54,118 nucleotides of DNA from Candidatus Heimdallarchaeota archaeon (GCA_021399395.1 JAAFKJ010000081.1:1-54118), one strand, 5' to 3'. Shown: positions 9,309 through 21,233, counted from the stretch's first letter. Notes: generated from the letters alone by a model not told the origin. Numbers and translations are program-made.

Positions 9309-9524
9309 TTAAACCTGCAAATAGGATAAATGATTTTGCCGCTCGTTGATCATTTGTAAGAATACCAAAATTATCAGTATTGCACCAGTAAAGAATTCAG
9401 CTAGAAATTTCCCTACACCATAAGACGACATTACACCAGTTGAACGCAAAGGTGAAACTTCCGCAGATTCAAGCTCAGCAACCATGTTTCTTGGAAAGGA
9501 AAGTTGAATAAAAAGATTCTGCAA
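9309..9524 (-). pseudogene. Possible remnant of the N-terminus of a MacB/FtsX-type ABC permease
   Basis: The 71-codon ORF starts 20 nt downstream of the ABC ATPase stop, where a permease gene is normally found. PLRSTGVMSSYGVG...GAILIILVFL weakly resembles the KLRS-LTxLGIxIGV first-TM region of FtsX-type permeases. It is far too short to function. Confidence 0.2.
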
Positions 9525-9544
9525 AAATTGTCCAGAAGATTGAA

Positions 9545-10279
9545 TTAACTAAGTATGTCCTTACTTATAGTGCCATCATTCATTATAAGTTGTCTTTGAG
9601 CTAATGATGCAAGGTTAATATCATGAGTTACGAAAATCAGTGTTTTGTTATTTTCCTTACTCAAATCAATTAGAAGTTTAAGTATCTTCTTACCAGTATT
9701 TGAATCTAGGTTTCCAGTGGGTTCATCTGCCAGTATTATCTCTGGATCATTAGCCAAAGATCGCGCGATAGCAACTCTTTGCTGCTCTCCACCTGAAAGT
9801 TGATCTGGTTTATGACTCCTTCTTTCAAGTAAACTAACACTTTCTAGCAAATGATTTACCTTTTCTATTCTTGCCTCTTTCTTTATATTTGCAAGAATTA
9901 GTGGCATCTCCACATTTCGTTCTGCATTAATCTCTTCTAGTAAATTAAAATTCTGAAAAACATAACCTATTGTATCTCTTCGCAATAGACTTAATTCCTT
10001 ATCGGACATCGAAGCAAGTTTTTTTCCATTAATTTTGATTATCCCAGAATCAACATAATCGAGCGCACCTATAAGGTTCAAAAGAGTCGTTTTACCACTT
10101 CCAGATGGTCCAACAATAGAAACTATTTGACCCTTCAAAACTTCTAAAGATACTGAATTCAGTGCTTGAACTTCAACTTCCCCCATTTGATAACTCTTAG
10201 AAACTTTAGTAACTGTTATTATGGCTTTTGCCTTTGAAGATTTACGTTGCTTAGCTTCTTTTTTTGAAGTAGTCATCAT
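9545..10279 (-). CDS. ABC transporter ATP-binding protein (MacB/LolD-like subfamily)
   Basis: Walker [16 protein letters not shown] signature [14 protein letters not shown], Walker [14 protein letters not shown]-loop VTHD. Confidence 0.85.
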   Translation of the reverse strand: MMTTSKKEAKQRKSSKAKAIITVTKVSKSYQMGEVEVQALNSVSLEVLKGQIVSIVGPSGSGKTTLLNLIGALDYVDSGIIKINGKKLASMSDKELSLLRRDTIGYVFQNFNLLEEINAERNVEMPLILANIKKEARIEKVNHLLESVSLLERRSHKPDQLSGGEQQRVAIARSLANDPEIILADEPTGNLDSNTGKKILKLLIDLSKENNKTLIFVTHDINLASLAQRQLIMNDGTISKDILS

Positions 10280-10297
10280 TGTGCTATAGATTTTGAC

Positions 10298-10615
10298 TTA
10301 TTTTTGTGTATCGATTGGAAATCTGTCTTCCATTATTTTTAGTTCTTTGTGCCAAGCATCTTCTAAGTCTATTTCCATATAGATACACAGTTGGAGAAAA
10401 AGTGAAAAAGCTTGAGCAAACTCTCTTGACAAATCTTCTTTTTTTGGTCTCTTGTGACCAATATCATCCTTGTATTTAGAATTGAATAGAAGATAATTTC
10501 CTATCTCACCAAGTTCTTCATAGAGATGAAGAAGAACATCATTAGCTGAGAATTCTAACCAATTGCGTTGTTTGAGAAAATAAATAAATTTTTCTTGAAT
10601 CTCTTTTAGTTCCAT
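10298..10615 (-). CDS. MazG-like nucleotide pyrophosphohydrolase domain protein
   Basis: Helical EExxE-type context: LHLYEELGEIGNYL and REFAQAFSLFLQLCIYMEIDLEDAW. I chose the internal start MELKEIQEKF at 10615 because the track start (10684) overlaps the upstream gene by 58 nt. Confidence 0.55.
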   Translation of the reverse strand: MELKEIQEKFIYFLKQRNWLEFSANDVLLHLYEELGEIGNYLLFNSKYKDDIGHKRPKKEDLSREFAQAFSLFLQLCIYMEIDLEDAWHKELKIMEDRFPIDTQK

Positions 10616-10626
10616 TAAAATCACTT

Positions 10627-12702
10627 TTATGCTTGATATTTCTTTAATGTCCGTTTTGTAACCTTTGTTTTGCACATCGGGCATTCTTGCTTAATCCTTA
10701 ACCACTGGTTCATATGATCTTCATGAGCTAAATTGCTGCAGGATGGACATTCAACAACGATGTCTCCTCTTCTAACTAATCCTTGACATACAGAACATCT
10801 TGCAGGACGTTGTTGACAGCTACTACATGGTTCATAGGCTGATTTAAGCTCATGACCACAATTCAAACATAGGTTCTTTCTTAAAGGAAGAATGAGTTTA
10901 CCACTCCTCTCAAAATAGGAAGTTGTCAAAGTTCCAGTATAGAACCCTTGGGCAATCATCTGACACATCAGTTTAAACACATCCAAAGGATGCATGTTTG
11001 ATTTAGCTGCAATGGTGGAGAGTTTTATTCTTTTCCTGCGTATCTTTTCAAGTTCATTTACGACTTTGATATAAATCTCTCCGAGTTCTTGTAATTCTAA
11101 ACTAGGTAGATATTTTTGGTGTGAATTTAAGTAAACATATGCCCCCCTAATTGAAACATTCAATATCCCTGAGCCTACTAATTCATAGATAATATTTTTT
11201 GCGGCAATGATAGATTTTTCCCAATACTTCATTATGTTACGAATTGAAACACGAGTATTCGCGATAATATAGCCAAATATCTCTTGGTAATGAATTGGCA
11301 AATCATCTAGTTGTATTAATGGAGGGAATACGGGAATTTCTTCGGGCTCTAAGCTGTTATTTGAAATTATACCTTTAATTAATCCCTTACCATAGAATCC
11401 ATACATTTTTTCTTTTGCATTAAATTTATCGATCCCTAGAGATTCTGCAATTTCCTTAGTTGTAACTTGGGTTTTAGCTATTACCATTCCAAGAACGATT
11501 TTTTCCCATCTCTCTAAGGTGCCTTCTTGTGTGCGAGAGTATCGTCTTAAACTATCAATATAAATTGTTCTTCCTCGTAAAGTACAAGAAATAAAACCTT
11601 CGAGATACAAAGTAATTACGCCATCTAAGATTTCATCAATACTCCTATTCATTAACACAGCAAGTTTCTTCAAAGGAATTCTATCCTGAGTAGAGAGTAA
11701 ACCAAATAAGGCTTCATAGTTGAATAGTGATAAAGATGCCATTTCTTCAATTGTCTCAGTTGGTTTAAGATCGGGAAAAACAACGGGGACGATTTTATTA
11801 TTTTCATTAAAAACGAATTGAAAAGTCCCTCTTGCTGTTAGGAAAGCTAAAATTCGTACAATTTCTTCAGGTTCCTTATCGATATAATTTGCTAATTCCT
11901 TAATACCCACTTCTCGTTTGATTAATGAAAAACCTACGATATCTTTTTCTTCTCCTGTTAATGCACCAACAGGTAGGATTCGAGGAGCAATCAGATATTT
12001 GTCGATGTTTACCATTAATCTATCAGAACCCAACAAACTTGTTGAGTGCTGGAATTTAGCTTCCAATTTTCTATAATGCATTAGAGCAGTAATTCTTTCC
12101 AGTATAAACCTTTCAGAAAATCCAGTTAATTTTGCTACTCTTGATATTTCTGCATTGCGTAGAATCATACAAGTTCCAACTAAGAAGGTATCATCAGAAT
12201 CAATTTTAATTTTCTCTGAAGGTTTCCAAACATAACTAGAGATGAATTCGTTATCTTTTAACGCACCTATCAAAATTCCTTTGCTTATTAGATAAGATAG
12301 GCTAGCAATAATCTCGGTTTTTGGTATTCTAAGAATTTTTGATATCTCAGACAAAAACGTTTTCTTAGTTTGTGATAATAATCCTAGTATTGATTTTCTT
12401 AAAGGATTCAACCTTCCTGGATTTACGGAAGGATACCTATAAATTGAAGCTAAAATGAATCTATTCTTTCTATAATTCCCTCGTATAATTAATGCTTGAA
12501 TTAGAAGTTTAATATAATCCTTTATAGATTCTTCAGGAATCTTATTTGAATCTGAAAATGAAGGGATGTCTATGACTCTATAAAGATAAAGGTGAGTGAG
12601 AATCTGAGCTTTCTTGTTCTTATTAAGAGATATCTCAGGAAGTTCAAGTTCCTGAAAATCTATATTATAAACATCTTCTCTTTCAAAACTCAGTTTTTTC
12701 AC
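10627..12702 (-). CDS. Multi-winged-helix repeat protein with C-terminal zinc ribbon and RING/PHD-like cross-brace zinc finger
   Basis: About 8 recurring modules of 55-85 aa follow the pattern h..L...I...lgI....I..hL..Lh..GhI.G.h. Examples are ISKILRIPKTEIIASLSYLISKGILIGAL, LAVLMNRSIDEILDGVITLYLEGFISCTL and IMKYWEKSIIAAKNIIYELVGSGILNVSI. The C-terminus reads CLNC-x10-CSSC, then CSVC-x12-CPSC-x4-H-x2-H-MNQWL-x6-CPMC. Confidence 0.6.
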   Translation of the reverse strand: MKKLSFEREDVYNIDFQELELPEISLNKNKKAQILTHLYLYRVIDIPSFSDSNKIPEESIKDYIKLLIQALIIRGNYRKNRFILASIYRYPSVNPGRLNPLRKSILGLLSQTKKTFLSEISKILRIPKTEIIASLSYLISKGILIGALKDNEFISSYVWKPSEKIKIDSDDTFLVGTCMILRNAEISRVAKLTGFSERFILERITALMHYRKLEAKFQHSTSLLGSDRLMVNIDKYLIAPRILPVGALTGEEKDIVGFSLIKREVGIKELANYIDKEPEEIVRILAFLTARGTFQFVFNENNKIVPVVFPDLKPTETIEEMASLSLFNYEALFGLLSTQDRIPLKKLAVLMNRSIDEILDGVITLYLEGFISCTLRGRTIYIDSLRRYSRTQEGTLERWEKIVLGMVIAKTQVTTKEIAESLGIDKFNAKEKMYGFYGKGLIKGIISNNSLEPEEIPVFPPLIQLDDLPIHYQEIFGYIIANTRVSIRNIMKYWEKSIIAAKNIIYELVGSGILNVSIRGAYVYLNSHQKYLPSLELQELGEIYIKVVNELEKIRRKRIKLSTIAAKSNMHPLDVFKLMCQMIAQGFYTGTLTTSYFERSGKLILPLRKNLCLNCGHELKSAYEPCSSCQQRPARCSVCQGLVRRGDIVVECPSCSNLAHEDHMNQWLRIKQECPMCKTKVTKRTLKKYQA

Positions 12703-12790
12703 CCAGAGTAACTATCCTTTATAGGCTTCCGTGACTTATTAAAGTTGCTTAATAGAAATAAAAAAGAGAAAGAAAAACAACTAATAATGA

Positions 12791-14095
12791 TTAAGTTCTT
12801 TCTAAGTAATTTTCATATTCCCATTCCCACTCTTCTGATTCTCCTATCTCTTTGGCTTCATCATATTCCTTACATTCATTTCTTTTTACTTTGAGAAATA
12901 TTTCGAGAAGTTCTTTTCCTAAAACATCTTTTATAAAGGAATTTTTCTCTAATGCATCAAGAGCTTCCGATAAACTACTTGGTAATTTGGAGATTCCCAT
13001 TTCCTTTCTTTCACTTTCAGATAGATGCTCTATGTTTTTAGTTGTGGGTTTAATAGGTTCAATTTTATTCTTTATCCCATCTAAACCAGCTGCTAGAAGT
13101 AGAGCTGAAGCTAAGTAGATATTTGATGCAGCATCTGTGGCCCTAAATTCGATTCGGGCACTGCTTTCATAGCCAGGAACTCTAATTAGTGCTGTTCTAT
13201 TGGCAACACCCCAAGATTTGTATACAGGAGCTTCGTGTCCCGGCACTAATCTTTTGTAAGAATTTGTAGTTGGATTGAGAATTGCAGTCATAGCATCGAC
13301 ATGTGCTAAAATTCCGCCAACAAAATAACGGAGTGTATCGCTTATACCCTTCTCCTTGTCTGCAAAAATATTCTCTCCGTTTTTAGTAAGATATTGATGG
13401 ATATGTAATCCACTTCCTGCTAGGTCTGGGAAAGGCTTTGGCATAAAAGATCCAATAAGGTCATTGAATAAAGACTCTGCCTTAATGATGAGTTTAGCAG
13501 TTTGAGTGTTATCAGCTTGTATTAATGCATCAAAAACCATAAATTCAATTTCTTGTTGAGCGTTCCCAACTTCATGGTGAATTGTTTTTACTTTGATTCC
13601 CATATCTTGCATATCAGCTGCAATGTTCCTTCTCAGAAATCCAAGTTCATCAAAAGGTAAAGTGTCCATATATTGTCCTTCTTCAAAAGGTTCAAGATCA
13701 TAATCTAGAAAATACCATTCAAGTTCTGGTCTAGTTTTATATTCAAACTCAAATTCTTTTGCTTGTTCTATGACTTTTTTGAGAATGGTTCTAGGATCAG
13801 AAGGGTGAGGTTGATTATCATTCCCATATATGTCACAAATAAACCTTGCAACTCTTGGTTCCCACGGTAAAACTGCTAACGAATTTAAATCTGGGATTAT
13901 TTTCATGTCACTTTGTTCAGTGGCCAAAAAACCAAGCGAAGATCCATCTACACCTGTACCATCCTTCATGTGATCCCATATATCAGCTGGGAATTCTACT
14001 GACTTTAAGTCACCAAAAACTGTAGTAAACTGAAATTGAACAAACTCGACATTGTTTTCTATGAAAAATTCCTTGATATCGCTCATTACACTCAT
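12791..14095 (-). CDS. glnA: Glutamine synthetase, type I
   Basis: Typical GS-I blocks are present: FQFTTVFGDLKSVEF, DGSSLGF, KPFPDLAGSGLHIHQ, NSYKRLVPGHEAP, NRTALIRVP. Length is 434 aa. Confidence 0.85.
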   Translation of the reverse strand: MSVMSDIKEFFIENNVEFVQFQFTTVFGDLKSVEFPADIWDHMKDGTGVDGSSLGFLATEQSDMKIIPDLNSLAVLPWEPRVARFICDIYGNDNQPHPSDPRTILKKVIEQAKEFEFEYKTRPELEWYFLDYDLEPFEEGQYMDTLPFDELGFLRRNIAADMQDMGIKVKTIHHEVGNAQQEIEFMVFDALIQADNTQTAKLIIKAESLFNDLIGSFMPKPFPDLAGSGLHIHQYLTKNGENIFADKEKGISDTLRYFVGGILAHVDAMTAILNPTTNSYKRLVPGHEAPVYKSWGVANRTALIRVPGYESSARIEFRATDAASNIYLASALLLAAGLDGIKNKIEPIKPTTKNIEHLSESERKEMGISKLPSSLSEALDALEKNSFIKDVLGKELLEIFLKVKRNECKEYDEAKEIGESEEWEWEYENYLERT

Positions 14096-14227
14096 CCATG
14101 CAATTTGTTGGTAAGAGTTAGGAACTTAGTTAATTTAAATAGTTTTTTGAAAGTCGTTAATCCACATTTAATTTCAATTCGTTTTCGACAATTATTTAAA
14201 GAGAGTTGAAGATGTTCCACGAAGATT

Positions 14228-14782
14228 ATGGGTATTCCTACAAAATATTGGACTGTAGCTGGCACAGGTGAATCTGATGTTTCTCAACTGGTAGCGATGG
14301 ATAAAGCCTACATGGATTGTGGTCTTGGTTATCAAAATCATGTAGTAGTATCTTCTATTCCACCAGTAGAAAGAATCACTCCGCAAATACATAAAGACAA
14401 AGGAATAACTTTTGTTACTGTAATCAATGAACTCAGAATGCTTCCTTTTAGTGAAGTTATTTATGTAGTAAGAGCAATGAAGAAAGGAACAAAAGGTGAG
14501 ATTTTGTGTAGCAGTGTCTCCTTAACTAAAATTACAACTCTAATTGAGGGAGAAGAGCATCAATGCTTGCTAGCTTATGAAAGTACAGGTACAGATCTTA
14601 AGAACACAGAACTAGAATCACTAGCTGGTTTAATAGATATGGTACAGGAAAGAAATGCAGTGGTTGATGAATCCTGGGGTAATGATGGATATGAAACAAT
14701 TAGCTCCTCTTTGACAGTAAAAAAAGAATTTGGGTGCTCTGTAGTCTTTGTTGTATTTGACCCATTTACTTACCAATACTAA
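14228..14782 (+). CDS. pdaD: Pyruvoyl-dependent arginine decarboxylase
   Basis: The N-terminal pattern VAGTGESDVSQLVAMDKAYMDCGLGYQNHVVVSSIPP matches the PdaD family, including the Ser-Ser self-cleavage site context (VSSI). Confidence 0.75.
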   Translation: MGIPTKYWTVAGTGESDVSQLVAMDKAYMDCGLGYQNHVVVSSIPPVERITPQIHKDKGITFVTVINELRMLPFSEVIYVVRAMKKGTKGEILCSSVSLTKITTLIEGEEHQCLLAYESTGTDLKNTELESLAGLIDMVQERNAVVDESWGNDGYETISSSLTVKKEFGCSVVFVVFDPFTYQY

Positions 14783-14874
14783 TCAATTTAAGTAGTAAAA
14801 TAAAAAAATCATTAGAAATAAAGCTTAAAAATAGTTTTAAATACCACAACCAAGCAACACTCAAGTGAAGACAT

Positions 14875-16764
14875 ATGAAAAATAAAAAAATATACTCGTT
14901 TACATTCATTCTCCTTGTTACTATAACTATAGGACTAGGACAGTTGACAAACTTCAAAGCTACTGCAGCAGATGATCCCACAGAACCTATTTTCGAAGGT
15001 TTTGCCGCAGAAGGATATGACGAAACTAATGCTATTAATTTTAATGAAGAAACAGAAATTACAGTTGAATATTCTGTTGGTCGTTATGCAGAAGTTGCAG
15101 GAATTAATATCTATGGTTTAGGATCAGGATTAAATCTAGCTCCTACAGATGGATTAGCTCTCAATTTTTCATATAGTCTTAAAGAACGAACATATTATGA
15201 GGGGTCCTTCACACTAACTAATCTAACACAATTCAGAGGATATGCGTGGGTTGGGGATATCAATAATGGAACAATTGAAGATTTGGATGTTTTTAATCAT
15301 CTTGATGCTTGGCATTATCTATATGTTAATGAAGATGGTACTCCTCCTGAGTTCATAAGATTTTACAATGCTTCTTCAGTAATCAATAATCCTTCTGTTT
15401 ATAGAGCAGCAGCAAATAAATCTGATAAACCAATAATGGTTGTTTATAGGGTGTATGGGGGAACTCCTACAGATCTTGTTACTGTAGTTACTTCTGTTTA
15501 TAGAGATGTTATAACAAATGCTTCCGTAAATGTGTTTGATGGTTATCTAAATGTGATAAAAATGAACTTCTCTGTAGAATCTGAAACCTATGTAGAATTC
15601 AATGCAACTATCGAGTTCAATGATAGAACACTTTACGTATGTGCAAATAATTCATACGGCTGGGATTCTTGGGGATCATTAAATGAGCTTCGAACTACTA
15701 TGGACATAAAAGCTCTGTACAATGGTTACGATTTCTACTCACAACCTACACTAGAAGATAAGCTGACTGATGTGGATAATATCAGATTGAATATTACTAC
15801 ATACAATACAACTGAAACAGAGAGTTTTGGGATAAACTATTATGTTGAAGAGAGCGCTGATAATGATACTAGAATTATTCCTTGGACTGAGACAGCTGCA
15901 ACTCTGAATCAAACTTATTATGAAATCAATGCAGCTGATAACAACGAAACAATCCGAGAATATCTTGTATCACTTGGTAGTTTTTCTGCAGGTAATATTT
16001 TGTTTTATGAAGCTTACAACATCTATTATGGTGAGTATTATAATGAGACATATGGTCAAATGAACAGACTAACAATTCATGATTCTTTGCCCAGTCTATC
16101 TTTGTTCCCTCTTAATAGTTCGTATATAAATCGAAACAATATTACATTCTGGTATACTGCGGATATAGCTAGAGGAGAAATCACCGAAGCAACACTTGAC
16201 TTTGATGATGGATCACCAATTGAAATTCTTGGTACAGGTGATGACAATATTACTTATCATATCTATCCTGAAGTTACAGGATCGTTCAATGCAACACTAA
16301 ACGTTACCATAAATATCATTAGAGAAACTGATGTTCCAATACTAATCAACAACACAGCGAATGTAGTAATATACCTGGATTTTGAACCACCAGAACTAAC
16401 AATATTGGATAGAACAAGCAATGATACAGATATTGTAGACGGTTATGTAGAACTTTATTTTGATTATACAGATGATTATACTGGGATATTTAGAGTATGG
16501 GTTTTCTGGGGTGATGGTACCACCTCGAATGTTACAGGAGATAATTATGTTAACCACTATTATACCAATAGTTCAACCTATATTATTACAATAATGGCTG
16601 AAGATAAGGCAGGAAATCAATTTAACTTAACTATAATTTATAATGTAGTATTTCCTGAAATACCAATTATTACACCAACCCCATTTGCTATTATACCTGC
16701 AATATTTTCAATTATGCTTGTTGGTTATGTTGTGAAAAAGAAGAAAGATCAAAGAACACAATAA
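14875..16764 (+). CDS. Secreted, sequon-rich surface protein with two C-terminal PKD-like domains and a C-terminal TM anchor
   Basis: Signal-peptide-like N-terminus KKIYSFTFILLVTITIGLGQLTNFKATA. PKD-like motifs FDDGSP...YHIYPEVTGSFNATLNVT and FWGDGTTSNVTGDNYVNHYYTNSSTYIITIMAEDKAGN. More than 20 N-x-S/T sequons by eye. C-terminal anchor FAIIPAIFSIMLVGYVVKKKKD. Confidence 0.65.
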   Translation: MKNKKIYSFTFILLVTITIGLGQLTNFKATAADDPTEPIFEGFAAEGYDETNAINFNEETEITVEYSVGRYAEVAGINIYGLGSGLNLAPTDGLALNFSYSLKERTYYEGSFTLTNLTQFRGYAWVGDINNGTIEDLDVFNHLDAWHYLYVNEDGTPPEFIRFYNASSVINNPSVYRAAANKSDKPIMVVYRVYGGTPTDLVTVVTSVYRDVITNASVNVFDGYLNVIKMNFSVESETYVEFNATIEFNDRTLYVCANNSYGWDSWGSLNELRTTMDIKALYNGYDFYSQPTLEDKLTDVDNIRLNITTYNTTETESFGINYYVEESADNDTRIIPWTETAATLNQTYYEINAADNNETIREYLVSLGSFSAGNILFYEAYNIYYGEYYNETYGQMNRLTIHDSLPSLSLFPLNSSYINRNNITFWYTADIARGEITEATLDFDDGSPIEILGTGDDNITYHIYPEVTGSFNATLNVTINIIRETDVPILINNTANVVIYLDFEPPELTILDRTSNDTDIVDGYVELYFDYTDDYTGIFRVWVFWGDGTTSNVTGDNYVNHYYTNSSTYIITIMAEDKAGNQFNLTIIYNVVFPEIPIITPTPFAIIPAIFSIMLVGYVVKKKKDQRTQ

Positions 16765-16790
16765 AAATTTGTTCTTCTTTCTCTAATCTA

Positions 16791-16800
16791 TTTTTTCTTT
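16791..16800 (+). terminator. Oligo-T tract, candidate archaeal intrinsic terminator of the surface-protein gene
   Basis: The run ttttttcttt lies 27 nt after the TAA stop at 16762-16764. Archaeal RNA polymerase terminates at oligo-T runs. Confidence 0.3.
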
Positions 16801-16990
16801 ATTTGAAAAGTTAATTACATTTGAAAAATACTTTTCACATCGGGATTAAGTGTGAGTGTTAACTAAACTATTTGTCTTTTGTATTAGCGTTATAGTAAAG
16901 AAAAACAATAAAAAATTACTTTAAACGATAATTTTATTTCATTCAAAATTCTGGAAGTAGAGGCCTTCTATCCTATTTAATTTAGCTAGC

Positions 16991-16998
16991 TTTATATA
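16991..16998 (+). promoter_or_regulatory. TATA box of the tfb promoter
   Basis: tttatata lies 25-32 nt upstream of the GTG start at 17023. This spacing fits a leaderless or very short-leader transcript. Confidence 0.45.
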
Positions 16999-17022
16999 AG
17001 CTCATGTGCATCAATTGATAGA

Positions 17023-17985
17023 GTGAGTAATGTGAGTGAAGAACGCTGCCCCAACTGTAACTCCAGTGAGATAATCAATGATTATACACGTGGTGAATCA
17101 ATTTGTAGTAACTGTGGGTTAGTGGTTTCTAAATTAATTGATACGACTCCTGAATGGAGAGCTTTTACTGGAGAGGAGAAAGCTAATAGAAGTAGAACAG
17201 GTTCACCTGTATCTCCACTGAAATCTGACTTTGGTGTTTCATCTCAGATAAGCTTTGGAAACATCGATATTTTTGGAAAGAAACTTGATCCAAATGTCAT
17301 GGCAAAAATGCGAAGATTGCGATGGTTGAACAGAAGAGATTCTAGATCCCAAATCAGAAACTTGAGAATCGCTTTACGTGAATTAAGAAGAATTGTAAGT
17401 CAATTGGAATTGAGTGATGAAATAGCTGAAGCATCAGCAACTACATATAGAAAAGCTTTGAAGGCTGACCTCATCAGAGGAAGAAGCATCGAATCTATGG
17501 TAGCTGCAGCAATCTACATAGCCGCAAGGCAATATAATAATCCTACAACTTTGAAGGATATTGAAAAACATATCAAAGCTGATAGAAAAGTTATAGCCAG
17601 ATGTTTCAGATTGTATGTTCAAGAATTGCACATTAAACCAACACCAATAGATCCTGCAGTTTTGTTGGCAAAATTATGTAGTGAACTTGAATTGACAACT
17701 GCAACACAGAATGAAGCACTTAAGATTCTTGAAGAAAGCAAATCTAGAAGACTAGATATGGGTAAGAATCCTCTAAGCGTTGCAGCTGCTGCAATTTATA
17801 TAGCTGGTATAAGAACTGGAGAGAGACGAACACAACAACAAGTTGCTAAAGTGGCAAAAACAACCCCTGTAACATTGAGAAATAGATTTAGGGAAATTGT
17901 CGATTCCTTGGAATTAGCAAATGTCATTGTTAAAAGAGGTGCTGCTAGCGCTCCCGTTTATGTTCGAGATCCTTGGAAGTTCTAA
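17023..17985 (+). CDS. tfb: Transcription initiation factor IIB (TFB)
   Basis: N-terminal zinc ribbon CPNCNS...CSNCG. B-reader/linker region, then two cyclin-fold repeats (GRSIESMVAAAIYIAARQ and GKNPLSVAAAAIYIAG). The GTG start is taken from the ORF track. Confidence 0.9.
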   Translation: MSNVSEERCPNCNSSEIINDYTRGESICSNCGLVVSKLIDTTPEWRAFTGEEKANRSRTGSPVSPLKSDFGVSSQISFGNIDIFGKKLDPNVMAKMRRLRWLNRRDSRSQIRNLRIALRELRRIVSQLELSDEIAEASATTYRKALKADLIRGRSIESMVAAAIYIAARQYNNPTTLKDIEKHIKADRKVIARCFRLYVQELHIKPTPIDPAVLLAKLCSELELTTATQNEALKILEESKSRRLDMGKNPLSVAAAAIYIAGIRTGERRTQQQVAKVAKTTPVTLRNRFREIVDSLELANVIVKRGAASAPVYVRDPWKF

Positions 17986-18078
17986 CCCCTTTATACTCTT
18001 TTTAGTATTACCCAAATGTTATTACTGTATTAATCTGCTTTTAAGTATAGTTTGCATCTTTCATATTGGGTGTAAATA

Positions 18079-18432
18079 TTGGGTATTAGGAGAAAAGTTT
18101 CACGAAATACCATTGATGATATAGAGGAAGTACCCTTAAATCAGAGTACTCCCGGAGTAAAATTCTATTCGTTAATAGATATAGTCAAAGCAGAACATAT
18201 TATGGATGAAGTCAAAGAAGGGAACTTAATATTCCTAAATCTAAGCAGAATTTCTGCATATCCTGAAAGAAAAAGTGAATTCTTACAATCACTGAAGGAT
18301 ACGTCTGCTCAACTTCATGCAACATTGAAAATGGTGTCAGAAGAAACACTAATGGTTGCTCCTCAATCAGTACCAATTGAGATTCGTTCGTTGTCTCCAT
18401 CAATGATGAAGAAGAAAAAAGTGGAGAAATAA
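18079..18432 (+). CDS. sepF: SepF-like cell-division protein
   Basis: The core VKFYSLIDIVKAEHIMDEVKEGNLIFLNLSRIS...RKSEFLQSLKDTSAQLHATLKMVSEETLMVAPQSVPI follows the SepF (DUF552) pattern. There is no in-frame ATG before the conserved core, so a TTG start is assumed. Confidence 0.55.
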   Translation: MGIRRKVSRNTIDDIEEVPLNQSTPGVKFYSLIDIVKAEHIMDEVKEGNLIFLNLSRISAYPERKSEFLQSLKDTSAQLHATLKMVSEETLMVAPQSVPIEIRSLSPSMMKKKKVEK

Positions 18433-18470
18433 GAATCCCAGTTACAGAAGATTGCTTAAGGAATTTTACC

Positions 18471-21233
<2,763 letters not shown>

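Noticed and set aside
14192-14392. A 66-aa minus ORF across the pdaD start, and a 71-aa minus ORF (14766-14981) across the start of the surface-protein gene.
   Set aside because: Both overlap the 5' ends of well-supported plus-strand genes and have no motifs. They are most likely chance ORFs in AT-rich promoter and 5' regions.
16804-16837. A 7-bp inverted repeat tgaaaag...cttttca with a 20-nt loop, and repeated tttgaaaa words in the 258-bp spacer upstream of tfb.
   Set aside because: The repeat is short, AT-rich and expected by chance in this composition. It could be a weak terminator hairpin or an operator, but there is no further support.
17921-18124. A 67-aa plus-strand ORF bridging the tfb 3' end and the sepF-like 5' end.
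   Set aside because: It overlaps both neighbouring genes out of frame. The sequence is hydrophobic and low-complexity (LFLVLPKCYYCINLLLSIVCIF). It cannot be excluded as a micro-membrane protein, but there is no support for it.
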